64,000 nucleotides of DNA from positions 52,588,464 through 52,652,463 of the forward strand of contig NC_043011.1 in the NCBI RefSeq assembly GCF_006345805.1, read 5' to 3'. Both the position numbers and the translations under genes were made by a program. Source of the stretch: Octopus sinensis. Taxonomy: Eukaryota. Shown in pieces: positions 1-11,107 of the stretch. The notes under the pieces are model-generated. The model made no database searches and was not told the DNA's origin. It saw only the letters and a program-made list of their open reading frames with translations. Numbering within the stretch: the first letter of the stretch is position 1; every line of letters starts with the position of its first letter.

Positions 1-251
1 CCTGGAACCATGTGGTTCGTAAGCAAGCTACTTACCACACAGCCACTCCTATGCCTATAATTTATTATAATTAGAAATTGTGCAAAAAAAAAAATTGTTA
101 AAATATTTTGTGTATTGAAGTATAACCAATTTATTGCAGATAAAGTTTAATAACAAACTCTTATTTATATGGACTTTCGTTGGGAACCACTTTTCTAAGA
201 ACAATTTCATATATATTCTCCTCTTTGGATTTCTTAGTTAACAAATTTTAA

Positions 252-467
252 CCATCTAGCATTCAGATTACTATCAAGCGTAACACTTATTTGTTCACAT
301 TGTTTTGAATTAACCATGCATTATCTTGTAGCTTAGAGACATTTTCATTGTGATTGCTTAGTTTTAGAAAGACATTGTAAGATAGGTGACAGGCCTCATC
401 TGGCCAGTTTTAACATAAAACTGGTTGAATATGTAGGTCGGATATGGCCGATTTGAATGCCAAAGAG
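252..467. mobile_element. piggyBac-like MITE (degenerate) downstream of the ZNF stop codon
   Basis: TTAA at 248-251 and 468-471 flanks imperfect ends (ccatctagcattca ... tgaatgccaaagag). Same family as the cleaner copy at 29782-30001. Confidence 0.45.
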
Positions 468-493
468 TTAACTTGCAACAAAAGAAGGATTTT

Positions 494-1915
494 TCATGGT
501 TCACCTTCAAAAGATTTTCCCCCCATGTGAGTTCGTTCATGTTTCTTCAAATCACAGTTATTGATAAAAGACCTGCCGCACATTTCACATCGATATGGTC
601 TTTCCCCCGTGTGTCTACGTGTGTGATCTACAAGACGAGAATTAACAGAAAATGATTTTCCACAAATTCCACATTGATAGGGTTTCTCTCCAGTATGGAT
701 TCGTTTGTGGAGTAGAAGATTAAAATTCCGAATGAAGAATTTTCCACATATCTCACAGTGGTAGGGTCTCTCCCCGGTATGTCCTCGATTGTGGATAATA
801 AGATTCGAATTAAGGGTGAAAGATTTTCCACAAATTTCACAGTGAAACAATTTTTCCCCAGTATGTGTCCGTTTGTGCCTCAATAAATTACTGTTGACCA
901 CAAATGACTTTCCACAGGTTTCACAGTAATAAGGTTTCTCTCCCGTGTGCGACCGTTTGTGGATTGTAAGGTTAGAATTCTCCCTGAAAGATTTACCGCA
1001 GATGCCACAGTGGAACGGTTTTTCTCCCGTGTGAATCCTGCTGTGTACTTTTAGGTGTCCATTCGAAACAAAAGACTTTCCACACACATCGCAGCAATAG
1101 GGTTTCTCGCCTGTGTGGTTACGTCTGTGGCTCGTAAGATGAGAATTCTGAATAAAAGACTTTCCGCATATCTCGCAATGAAAAAGGTTTTCCCCCGTGT
1201 GGATTTTCTTGTGTGTTGCTAAATTGCTACTATCAGCAAAAGATTTTCCACAGATTTCGCAATGGTACGGTTTCTCCCCACTGTGCCGTCTTCTGTGCGA
1301 TTTTAAATAATCGTTCGACACAAAAGATTTTCCACATACCTCACAGTGGTAGGGCTTCTCCCCAGTATGACATCTTTTGTGCGTCTTCAAATGATCGTTA
1401 GAGACAAAATTTTTTCCACACACTTCACAGTGAAAGGGTTTCTCTCCCGTGTGACTACGTATATGCAGTGTAAGCTTAGACCTTTCTATGAAAGATTTCC
1501 CGCATATTTCACAGTGGAAAAGTTTCTCCCCGGTATGTATCCCGGTGTGCCTTCTTAAATTACTGTTGGAAACAAAAAATTTCCCGCATATTTCACAATG
1601 AAAGGGTTTCTCGGCGTTGTGTACTTTTTTGTGCCTTGTTAAATTTCTGCGAGAGACAAAAGATTTATCACATATTTCACAGTGGTAAGGTTTTTCTCTA
1701 TTGTGTAATTTTTCTTGGTGCGCGAAGAGTTCATATTCCGAAGAGAACGTTTTCTTACAAATCTCGCAGCTATATTCTGAAGTCTTTTTTCCCTCCACCG
1801 AACTTTGGTTCGTAACTTTCTCTCGACTGTTGTATGTCCGTTTAACTGAATCTACATCTACATTGTTATAAACGACTGTGTTGTTACAGAACTCCAAGCG
1901 ACTTATATCCTCCAT
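494..1915 (-). CDS. Poly-C2H2 zinc-finger protein, 473 aa, 15 tandem fingers, single coding exon
   Basis: Uninterrupted ORF. A 47-aa leader with no recognisable domain is followed by 15 CxxC-x12-HxxxH fingers (the first is HxxxxH) joined by TGEKP-type linkers. Confidence 0.95.
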   Translation of the reverse strand: MEDISRLEFCNNTVVYNNVDVDSVKRTYNSREKVTNQSSVEGKKTSEYSCEICKKTFSSEYELFAHQEKLHNREKPYHCEICDKSFVSRRNLTRHKKVHNAEKPFHCEICGKFFVSNSNLRRHTGIHTGEKLFHCEICGKSFIERSKLTLHIRSHTGEKPFHCEVCGKNFVSNDHLKTHKRCHTGEKPYHCEVCGKSFVSNDYLKSHRRRHSGEKPYHCEICGKSFADSSNLATHKKIHTGENLFHCEICGKSFIQNSHLTSHRRNHTGEKPYCCDVCGKSFVSNGHLKVHSRIHTGEKPFHCGICGKSFRENSNLTIHKRSHTGEKPYYCETCGKSFVVNSNLLRHKRTHTGEKLFHCEICGKSFTLNSNLIIHNRGHTGERPYHCEICGKFFIRNFNLLLHKRIHTGEKPYQCGICGKSFSVNSRLVDHTRRHTGERPYRCEMCGRSFINNCDLKKHERTHMGGKSFEGEP

Positions 1916-1951
1916 AATTAGACCCGACGAATGTTGAAAGCCGAGAAATGT

Positions 1952-2042
1952 CTGTAAATATATTATGGTTCAGTTTCCCGTCTTTGTTACCACGGAATTC
2001 CATTTACAAATGCAGAATATATATATTTATTTTTCTACTCAC
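1952..2042 (-). other. Putative 91-nt 5'UTR intron of the ZNF gene
   Basis: Minus-strand donor TG|GTGAGTAG at 2042 and acceptor TATTTACAG| at 1952, 37 nt upstream of the ATG at 1915. No transcript evidence. Confidence 0.5.
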
Positions 2043-2291
2043 CACAAGAATGCGCGCGTATGTATGTGAGGCAAATTGTCCACCACAACAAACAGTATAA
2101 AAGTACACAATGCGGGTCGCTTTTTCGAATTTTTTTTTTTTGCTTTGTTTTTAATTTCATTTAGAAAAATACGGAGGCTAGGAATCGGCAAAAAAATGTC
2201 TTTTTTTTTCAAAATTTCAAGTTTTCTTACAAAACATCCGATGTCGTCCCGTCCGACTTTCCAAGGGCACACAACTCTGGCTGTTTCACAT

Positions 2292-2317
2292 ATTGGATAT
2301 GTTTGTTTGCGCATGCG
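2292..2317. promoter_or_regulatory. Candidate ZNF promoter: NRF1-like TGCGCATGCG (2308-2317) and CCAAT box (ATTGG 2292-2296)
   Basis: Motif matches in a locally CpG-rich stretch about 270 nt upstream of the putative UTR-exon donor. Motif match only. Confidence 0.4.
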
Positions 2318-2638
2318 TCTATTTCTCCTGAAACAGCAGACGAAAAACTATCAAGCCCTCACCAGAGAACCTGTTATGCTAGAAATAACAGTTAAATGTC
2401 TGGAAAATATTCTTATTCCTCAGGTTAACTCTTTTACTCTTTTACTTGTTTCAGTCATTTGACTGCAGCCATGCTGGAGCACCGCCTTTAGTCGAGCAAA
2501 TCGACCCCAGGACTTATTCTTTGTAAGCCCAGTACTTATTCTATCGGACTCTTTTGCCGAACCGCTAAGTAACGGGGACATAAACACACCAGCATCGGTT
2601 GTCAAGCAATGCTAGGGGGACAAACACAGACACACAAG

Positions 2639-2718
<80 letters not shown>

Positions 2719-3198
2719 ATATATATCACGTGACTGTTGGCCGAAATCTGCCTTTCAGCTCCTGACCCTCGTCGTGTTAACATCGTTGTTCTTCGTCCGC
2801 CGCTATAAAGGCTTTTTCCAATGCGCCAGAGAAAAAATTTGTTTGCTTGTTGTCAGTCGTAAGACACTTGTTGTTTTCACCGTTAATGCTTCTGTATTTC
2901 ATGTTTCTGTATTCCATTATTGTTTTTTGTTTTTTTATATCTGTCCCTTTTGCTGTCTGGTGTTCGTATGCATTCGATCCTTCTTCCAGGAAATCTACGC
3001 TTCCAGCTTAGTTTTTCTTGGAGGGCTGGCCGTGATCTAGTAATCTCAAGATTAATCAGCCGAAATTACTACGATGATCCGGTTCTTGACTGAAGACTGA
3101 GGGGTTCGAATGTCCTGTCCATGTTTATTGTATCGTCTTCTATGAGTTATACGTTCTTGTCCATGTTGTATTTTTCTACATACCTTAATATATATATA

Positions 3199-3234
<36 letters not shown>

Positions 3235-3240
<6 letters not shown>

Positions 3241-3478
3241 CTGGTGAATTGAAGAAATGGAGCTGAACGAAGATTGAACAGAAATCGTTTTATTTCATTC
3301 TACACGTGTTTCGAAAGGCACAATTTACCAAAATCCGATTGAAGAGAAAGACACAATATGGTCTCATTATTCAATCGGATTTTGGTAAATTGTGCCTTTC
3401 GAAACACGTGTAGAATGAAATAAAACGATTTCTGTTCAATCTTCGTTCAGCTCCATTTCTTCAATTCACCAGTAATAT
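3235..3478. repeat. Perfect inverted repeat, 109-bp arms (3235-3343 / 3370-3478), 26-bp spacer
   Basis: Arms compared base by base as reverse complements. A (TA)n tract abuts the left arm. Confidence 0.9.
3339..3419 (+). ncRNA. Truncated or variant type I hammerhead ribozyme motif
   Basis: UUGAAGA (3339-3345), 12-bp stem II with one mismatch (gaaagacacaat 3346-3357 / attgtgcctttc 3389-3400), GAAA, palindromic stem III ACACGUGU and N17=A (3412). The 5' strand of stem I is missing. Confidence 0.55.
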
Positions 3479-3627
3479 TAAAATTCAATTATCCGCACCA
3501 ACGCACGGTTGCAACACTATATGGTTGTACCTCCAACCGTGCTGTCTTCTGCTGTGATTTTTGCTACCAAGGTATCGGTTAAACTTTTGATTAATCTGCT
3601 ACAAGATTATTCATCTTTCTATTTCAC

Positions 3628-3695
<68 letters not shown>

Positions 3696-4471
3696 CTTGT
3701 GTGTCTGTGTTTGTCCCCCTAGCATTGCTTGACATATATACATATATACGACAGGCTTCTTTCAGTTTCCGTCTATCAAATCCATTCACAAGGCATTGGT
3801 CAGCCCGGGACTATAGCAGAAGACACTTGCCCAAGATGCCACGCAGTGGGACTGAACCCTGGACCATGTGGTTGGTTAGCAAGTTAAAGGAACTTTTTTT
3901 TATTTTTCTAAATCTCAGCTTTCTATATCTATTTCAATTTTGATAACATATCACAAATTATTTTCGTGTTGTTTTTATCTAGGAACAGCAAATATTTTTT
4001 GTACTGAAAACTTCGTTAATTATGTATAGTTATACAATGTTGATCCACAACGAAGGTGTGTGTGTGTGAGTGGGTGGGTGGGTGCGTGCGTACACGTCTG
4101 AGAGAAACATAATTGCTGACAGAAACGTACACAGAAATTCTGTATCCCAAAAGGGCGATATTTCGATATTGGTCTCCAAAATGTCGGTACGATGAGACGA
4201 CGTCATTCACCCTCTGTTTCAGCCTAGCCTCTTTATTCATGTCATAAGGGAAGATTGTGAGGGCGAACGATGTCTACCAATACCGAAGGATTGCCAAAAT
4301 AAGTTACCTTTTACGTACCTTGTTTTATCACTTTAGTTAAATTACCAGATAAGATCCTTAGGTTTTGACTCTTAACAAATGACTTTTGTTTGTTTTCTTA
4401 ATTCCAAAATAAGAAAAACATGAACATAGTTTCAAAATTGGGATTCAAGATTTTGCACATGCACACAGCAA

Positions 4472-4753
4472 ATGAGATTGACTGATCATCTGTTTGAGAT
4501 CTCAGTTTTGCCACAACAGGTCGGAGAACAAGTCGGCAACTATGCGAGTGAGCTTAGGAGATTGGTGGTTTTAGCAGGGATTTCTGGCGAGGAGGCGATG
4601 GAGAGTGTTGTGAGGTTGGCTCTTGTGACCAGATTTCCCGATCACATCTCAATAAGTTTGCAGCAGCCACCGGTTATCCATACCATGCTGGTGAGTGAGT
4701 CGATAGAGCGAACTCATGTCATGACTCAGAACAACGCACGCGATGTTAATTAG
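4472..4753 (+). mobile_element. Possible degenerate LTR-retrotransposon gag fragment
   Basis: QQVGEQVGNYASELRRLVVLA resembles the Q-x-x-G-E-x-V-x-x-Y/F-x-x-x-L-x-x-L-A motif of Gypsy-type Gag. Short, and no LTRs were identified. Confidence 0.35.
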
Positions 4754-4831
4754 CTGTTAGCAGAAGCCTGCCCACCACTGTGTGTATGTGTATATATATA
4801 TATATACATACATACATATGTATTACCCAGT

Positions 4832-4884
<53 letters not shown>

Positions 4885-4910
4885 CATACATATGTGTTAC
4901 CCAGTTTCTG

Positions 4911-4955
<45 letters not shown>

Positions 4956-5116
4956 CTTTATTTAAAAGCAGCAGAAATTCAACAAAACCTGTTACTCGGA
5001 GTTTCACGTTCCCGTTCGTCGGACAGTTTTGTTAAAATTTTAAAACTGTCCGACGAACGGGAACGTGAAACTCCGAGTAACAGGTTTTGTTGAATTTCTG
5101 CTGCTTTTAAATAAAG
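4956..5116. repeat. Perfect inverted repeat, 75-bp arms (4956-5030 / 5042-5116), 11-bp spacer
   Basis: Arms are exact reverse complements. The module sits between (TA)n tracts. Confidence 0.92.
5046..5083 (+). ncRNA. Minimal type I hammerhead ribozyme motif (mirror copy at 4989-5026 on -)
   Basis: Stem I CUGU/ACAG, core CCGACGA (U4->C), stem II ACG-ggaa-CGU, GAAA, near-palindromic stem III ACUC-c-GAGU, cleavage triplet GUA (5077-5079). AATAAA follows at 5110-5115. Confidence 0.65.
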
Positions 5117-5202
5117 CATATTATTCTACCCCTGGTATTTGAGTACTCTTTTTTTCCACCTTGTTTCACATTTATGTGTTTACTCCGATATATATATATA
5201 TA

Positions 5203-5704
5203 CTAGCAGTATCGCCCGGCGTTGCTCAGGTTTGTAAGGGAAATAACTATATAAGCATTTTTAGAGAGTTACTTCCCTTATAGATGCCAATTCGGGCTTT
5301 CTTAGCCATTTCTGTTTTGGTGTCTTGAAGCCATGAAGTCGTTGTTCTAAAAGAACGCTGGTCTCCTTGACAACGCTTTACGACGTTGATTTCCTTACAC
5401 TCCCTTCCCCACAGCTTCACGAGGGAGGGAAGAAGGGGGAAAAGCAACACAGGTGCAGGTGTTTGAGCGTGGACGCCAACTCCGCCGCCATCGACACACG
5501 AAAAATTATGCATTAAAATGGAATAAAAAATGTTAAATTATTTTTAAAATCGTAGACGCGCGCTAATAGCCAGACGGGCTCGATATGAATTACGACTATA
5601 AGATACCCGAATTTGGTTAAACTGCACCGCAAAATGTGGGAGTAGTTAGGAATCTAAATCGAAGGGGACAGACACTCACACAACTACAGTTTTATATATA
5701 TAGA
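5203..5704 (-). mobile_element. Non-autonomous Helitron (family A)
   Basis: On the minus strand: A|TC 5' end at 5704, subterminal hairpin cccgg...cagg/cggg and CTAG|T 3' end at 5203. Homologous to 8035-8411 and 52091-52726. Confidence 0.75.
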
Positions 5705-5731
5705 TATATGTGTGTGTGTGTGCGTGTGTGT

Positions 5732-6016
5732 AGGCGCAATGGCCCAGTGGTTAGGGCAGCAGACTCGCGGTTTCGATTCCCAGACCAGGCGTTGTGAGTG
5801 TTTATTGAGCGAAAACACCTAAAGCTCCACGAGGCTCCGGCAGGGGGTGGTGGCGATCCCTGCTGTACTCTTTCGCCACAACTTTCTCTCACTCTTTCTT
5901 CTGTTGGCCTGCTCGCTTAGCCAGCGGGGTGGCATCATTTGAAGGCTAAAACAATGCGAAGCGCATTGTGACCAGCGATGTGTAGCAACATCTGATAGCC
6001 TGGTCGGTCACGGTGA
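5732..6016 (+). mobile_element. tRNA-derived SINE (head ggcgcaatggcccagtggttagggcagc, internally deleted)
   Basis: A-box and B-box-like head. Shares about 170 bp with 11108-11490, then has a different tail. Confidence 0.7.
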
Positions 6017-7801
6017 TATATATATATATATATTAACAGAGTTACTTCCCTTATGTTATTTTATAGTCAACGTGAAAAATCGGCGAGCCGATGTAAATTA
6101 CCCTAGTGGAGTAAAAATGAAATTCTTGGAGGTAATGAGGACTCATTAGACACAAGTAAATGTAAAATTACAGGGAATAAAATGTGTTCTTTGACACGAC
6201 AGAATTTTTTTCTTCTGCTAATACTGAGTATGTCCAATGTAATGGATATGATTAGGAAACATCACATTTTGAACTACCAACAATTTGGTTGCTAAGGTGT
6301 TGCCAGGTGACTGAACATATTTGTCAGTTGTCTATGGCCTAATTTAACCTTATCCTTTAACACAAGTTTATTTTTTCTTTGCTTCGTTTAAAAGTAAATT
6401 TAAGTAATCATTCAATTCAACCCTTTAACGACCAGTGCACCTTTTTAGGTGCATTAAAACAAAACAAAAAAATTTGAACTCATATTTAAATAATTGTTCA
6501 GTTTTTTGACTAATGAGTTTCCTATGTTTGTTTTTAATTGATTGGTTGTTTTTTTATTACCCTCATGTGCCTCAACTGGCTCTGCATTGCAGCCACAACT
6601 TCTTGTTACAGCACTTCAACTTGACTACGAACTGGTATTTATCATCCTTGTCTGAACATTCTTCTAACGTTCTATTATAGACTCTTTCAGTGCTCTGTAC
6701 TTAATGCATACACATTCTGGGAAGCCAGAAGGCTGCACCAGGCCCAGTGTGATCTGGCAGTGGGCCTGGTGCCCATCAAATACCTGGTGTTATTTTCATG
6801 TCCTGCCAGTAACCTGAGTAAATACATAGCGTTGCAGTTTGCATTTTACAACACTACAACATTTCAGCAAGGCTGGCACTAAAAAGCTGTTCATCAGTCA
6901 TACACACTGACACCAACAGCTATATCGTTATCAGCCTCCAGACAAGTCAGCTAGAGCACCTGTTTCAGCAGCAGTGTTACCTCAGCAACTTTGTAATTAA
7001 TTATGTAGCACCACCCCATTCATTCATATGATGCATTACCATTGAAAGATACACCTTCATCATGATACTTCAAATAAATCTCAGACTTAGATTATTAACA
7101 AACTTCCTGAAATACTGTGTAGGAGACAGCCACATTAGGCATTGTACCAGAGGTCGCAGGGCATACAGCCCAGTCCCAGGTAACAGAGCCAGTAGACACA
7201 GTCCTTAGAGATGCAGGACTTCAACAAAAGTATCAGTAGTCACAGAGTTTCTTGCAGTTGTTGTAAGTGGTAGTCATAGCATACTTCACCACAATGAACA
7301 GCAGACATGCTATGAAATTATCAAACCAGATACAGTTTTTGGCAGTAATCAGCGAAACATTCATACTGCCAGCTAGCAGCATTGTGGTCAAACCCAAGCA
7401 AAGACTGCCATGAGCTCATCAGACCATCTTTATGAACTGCTCAGACACTCAACATTTTCATAATCAGTTTCTGCCAATAGCACAACAGCTCGAATATAGT
7501 GGTGAAAGTGGGACAGCACTGAGAGTAGAGTAAAGTAAAAGTGAGACAGAGGTAGTAGTAGTAGGAAAATGGTGAAAGTCAGATAAAGTTGGAGGTTTAT
7601 AGAGGTGAAAGAGGAACAAAGATGTGAACAGAGCACAAAGAATATAGACAAGAGATCTATCTCCCACTACTGTTAAATATGATGTGGTCAACATAGAATT
7701 TAAACTGATAATTTTACAGAGAACAAGTATAGTTTAATCAAATTTGTTTATTAACTATTTACATTATCAAAATAATAAATCTGTAAATGAATGGGTGACT
7801 A

Positions 7802-7899
7802 TCAAACAACTGATATAGTGTCGGATGTGTCAGAGATAAGTCCTTTTGGATTAACCTCTATACTGTTTATAACAATGACTGTTTGAAGATCTTTCAACA
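7802..7899 (-). CDS. MRPL21: Mitochondrial ribosomal protein bL21m, exon 7 (last): (L)LKDLQTVIVINSIEVNPKGLISDTSDTISVV*
   Basis: Acceptor ttttcag| at 7900, phase 1. QTVxxINSIE matches the L21 C-terminus. Stop TGA at 7802-7804 and AATAAA at 7747-7752 (-). Confidence 0.88.
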
Positions 7900-8034
7900 C
7901 TGAAAATAGAAAAAAAAATTACAGTTATTAAATATTTTTTATTCTGACAATACAACAGTAATAACAACTAATGGGACTTCTGAGGAAATTCCAAGTTTTA
8001 CAGAAATTTTCTTTTATCTATTTTTATGAATAAA

Positions 8035-8411
8035 CTAGCAGTATCGCCCGGCGTTGCTCGGGTTTGTATGGGAAATAACTATATAAGCATTTTTAGAGAG
8101 TTATAGCCAAAAAATAGCAAAAAAATGCATTAAAAATGGAAAAAAAATTATGGTAAATTTTTTTTAAATCGTTGACTCATCGTAGACATTTTTAGAGAGT
8201 TACTTCCCTTATATAATAGCGAAAAAATGCATTAAAATGGAAAAAAATTATGGTAAATTTTTTTTTAAATCGTAGACTCATCGTAGACACACGCTAATAC
8301 CCAGAAGGGCTCGATATGAATCACGACTATAAGATACCCGCAAAATGTGGGAGTAGTTAGGAATCTAAATCGTAGGACACAGACACAAAACTTTACTTTT
8401 ATATATATAGA
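8035..8411 (-). mobile_element. Non-autonomous Helitron (family A) in MRPL21 intron 6
   Basis: TC...CTAG ends and cccgagcaacgccggg hairpin, with an internal duplication of an approximately 100-bp module. Confidence 0.75.
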
Positions 8412-9217
8412 TTTATAGATCTTCATCACAATGTTTCATCATATTAAGATTTCGATGAAGTTTTTCATTTCATTTCAAGATCGTTTAAAGCAAAACACTC
8501 AAACTTGTTTCAATTTGTTTAAAGATTTCGATTATGTCTTCGCTTGGATTCCATAGTTAAGGTTGATGAAAGCCTAACACTTAATGTTGTTACATTATGT
8601 TCAAGATTTCAATAATGTTTCCAAATTCTTAATATGATATAGATTGTTCCCTCGCCACCATCGTCATCATTTAACATTCATGTTCCATGCTCGCATGAAC
8701 TGGACAAAAATTAGCTGAAGGTTGCTTGTGGAACATGAACCAACATCTTTACACACAATACACATTCTAATCATTATAGCAAAGCAACTGTTTAAAGTGA
8801 AACAGACTCAGCATATTACTGGTATGTAGTCAGTCAATCCCATGAGGATGAATGACATAAAGAACACAAGAGTACAGAATTAGGTACTAGGGGTACATTG
8901 TCCAGTAAGGCAGTGTGAATTGGTAGTGTCAGATGGAATGCCTTATATTTGTTTCAACTCGCTGTATCTCGAGTTCAAATCCTGCTGAGGCCAACTTTGC
9001 TTTTCAGCCTTTCAGTGGATGTTAAATGATGATGATGATGATGATAATGATAATTGGCCAAAAAGATTATCGGATTTAATTTGAAAATGACCATTATCTA
9101 AAAGATTAGATTACTGTGAAGCTGAAACTATACTATTACAAGTCATCTGACTTATTTCTGTTTAGTAATAGGTACAAAAATAAAAAAAAGTATTCCTTTA
9201 AAGGTAGCAATACTTAC

Positions 9218-9321
9218 ATTTAAACTTGCGATTGTGTTTCCTTGCTGTATAACTTAGACGTACTTTAGTATTTGACAAAGTTTTTTCTATGACAGTTGCT
9301 TCAACCCGAACAATACTTCGA
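9218..9321 (-). CDS. MRPL21: MRPL21 exon 6 (104 nt): (S)RSIVRVEATVIEKTLSNTKVRLSYTARKHNRKFK
   Basis: ttttccag| acceptor and |GTAAGT donor, phase 2 to 1. VRVEATVIEKT is a conserved L21 motif. Confidence 0.93.
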
Positions 9322-9499
9322 CTGGAAAAATAAAACCAAGAAGCACTTAGTTGTTTTCCTCGGATCCAGAGAAAAACTAGAGTATTATATCAATGTAAAG
9401 AATTTATTCATTTGCCTTATGATGTATCAATTAATTTTAGCCAATCAAATGCTGAGCTTCACTATCACCAAAGATCCCACCAGTGAAAACACATCCTTA

Positions 9500-9720
9500 G
9501 AAGAACTAAGACTGCATCCCAAAGACTAGCTCTTCTCTTTAGTGCCAGAAGTGAACCCCATAATGGAGTACTGTTCCCACGTCTGGGACAGTTTTGCAGC
9601 AAATGCACACTGACATTCTAGACCACATCTAGAAAAGGGCCACCTGGATGATTGACACTCCATCACTAATGGACACACACTAGCCTGTAGCCCACAGACA
9701 TGCTGTCTCCTCTCTCTGTC
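9500..9720 (+). mobile_element. Degenerate CR1/Jockey-group LINE RT fragment
   Basis: atggagtactgttcccacgtctgg at 9563 reads MEYCSHVW, typical of the region just after the RT domain. Frameshifted. Confidence 0.5.
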
Positions 9721-10137
9721 TTTTCTATTTGCTTCTGCAATAATTGGTGTGTAATAAGCAAATCAGATCACTCTGCTTGTTTCAGTTTTCCTTAATATTG
9801 GTTTTAAATTTTGATACAAGGCCAGCAACTTTAGAGAGGGAATAAGTCAATTACATTGACCCCTGTGTTCAACTGGTACTTATTTTATTGACCCTGAAGG
9901 GATGAAAGACAAAGTCAACCTTGGCAGAATTTGAACTCAGAACATACAGATAAAATGCTACTAAGCATTTTGTGCAGCATGCTAATGATTCTGCCAGTGT
10001 GCCACCTTAGTTGACTTTTCCTCAACATTGACAAAAGATTTAACTGTGATTACACAGCTAAATGTTCAACAGTTACAGAAATAACCGATCCATGTCAGTG
10101 AGTAAAATCAGTGTGAAATAGCAAAAGGGAATCCTAC

Positions 10138-10190
10138 CTTAAAATTGGTCTACCAACAAGAGAGAAATCTTTGCCGCCGACTAACAAAAC
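10138..10190 (-). CDS. MRPL21: MRPL21 exon 5 (53 nt): VLLVGGKDFSLVGRPIL
   Basis: ctctttcag| acceptor and AG|GTAGGA donor, phase 0 to 2. Matches the L21 motif VLLVGxxxFTLxGxPxL. Confidence 0.95.
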
Positions 10191-10380
10191 CTGAAAGAGA
10201 AAGAACAGTCATGTTGTTGTTGTCAAAGTTCAAGTGAGAAGCTGACACTTCTCACTTGAAATATAATCTTTGTTGAGGCAAGAATTCAAATAATAATTCT
10301 AAAAATGAAAACATTGAGGGTAATAAATTTTAAATAGAATATACAACAGATTTACTATGCAGTACATTTAAATTTACAAT

Positions 10381-10815
10381 AGAGAAGCACCATCCGATCG
10401 TGGCCGTTGCCAGCATCGCCTGGTTCCCGTGCCGGTGGCACGTAAAAAGCACTACCCGACCGTGTCCGTTGCCAGCGCTACCCCGACTGGCCTCCGTGTC
10501 GGTGGCACGTAAAAAGCACCATCCGATCGTGGCCGTTGCCAGCCTTGCCTGGCCCCCGTGTCGGTGGCACATAAAAAGCACATCAGTCCGTGGCCGTTTG
10601 CCAGCCCCATCTGGCAGCTGTGCGGGTGGCACGTAAAAAGCACCCACTACACTCACAGAGTGGTTGGCGTTAGGAAGGGCATCCAGCCATAGAAACACTG
10701 CCAGATCAGACTAGGCCTGGTGCAGCCTTCAGGCTTCCCAGACCCCAGTTGCACCGTCCAACCCATGCTAGCATGGAAAGTGGACGCTAAATGATGATAA
10801 TGATGATGATGATGA
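10381..10815 (+). mobile_element. RTE-LINE 3'UTR-derived repeat with internal ~60-bp subrepeats and (GAT)n tail
   Basis: Same body as the segment following the RTE ORF end at 17540-18067. Further copies at about 35695-35982 (+) and 39257-39620, 44143-44350, 44494-44660, 45672-45850, 50862-51020 and 62873-63799 (-). Confidence 0.75.
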
Positions 10816-11107
10816 AAGACTTCATAACAAAGAACATAGTACATTCTTATAGTTCGGTAATACTTGCTAACATTTGATTTAAACATGTCTTCTTTATTCC
10901 ATCCTAGATTAATCCTCAAACAATTTAATTTGAATAAATCCTTAAAAGTCTACAACCAGAGTACATATTTACATATCGGTTTACAGTGAAACTATAACAT
11001 AGTTATAGACATATTCATTGAGTAATCTCTTGTTAATCTACAAGTACATATTATTCAATCGTAAAACGATAATGATGTACTCCTTGATAAGGTACTCTAA
11101 GTGTGTG

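Larger units (their letters stand above)
2432..3890 (-). mobile_element. tRNA-headed SINE split by an insertion of about 1 kb in its internal (CA)n(TA)n tract
   Basis: 2432-2725 and 3735-3890 match the two halves of the uninterrupted copy at 57930-58345. Confidence 0.8.

Noticed and set aside
3040-3125. ggctg...cagccGAAA and CUGAAGA motifs in the TA-flanked module
   Set aside because: The motifs are in the wrong order and I could not build consistent stems I and III.
6560-7700. Possible ancient LINE endonuclease remnant (LYKPPTLSDF) on the minus strand
   Set aside because: A single weak motif in heavily degenerate sequence, not enough to annotate.
10330-10919. Recurrent ORFs such as MDGLTGVCEAGRLHQAQSDLAVFLRLD (also near 17.5, 39.3, 44.2 and 44.5 kb)
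   Set aside because: Incidental frames of the multi-copy RTE-3'UTR repeat, broken differently in each copy.
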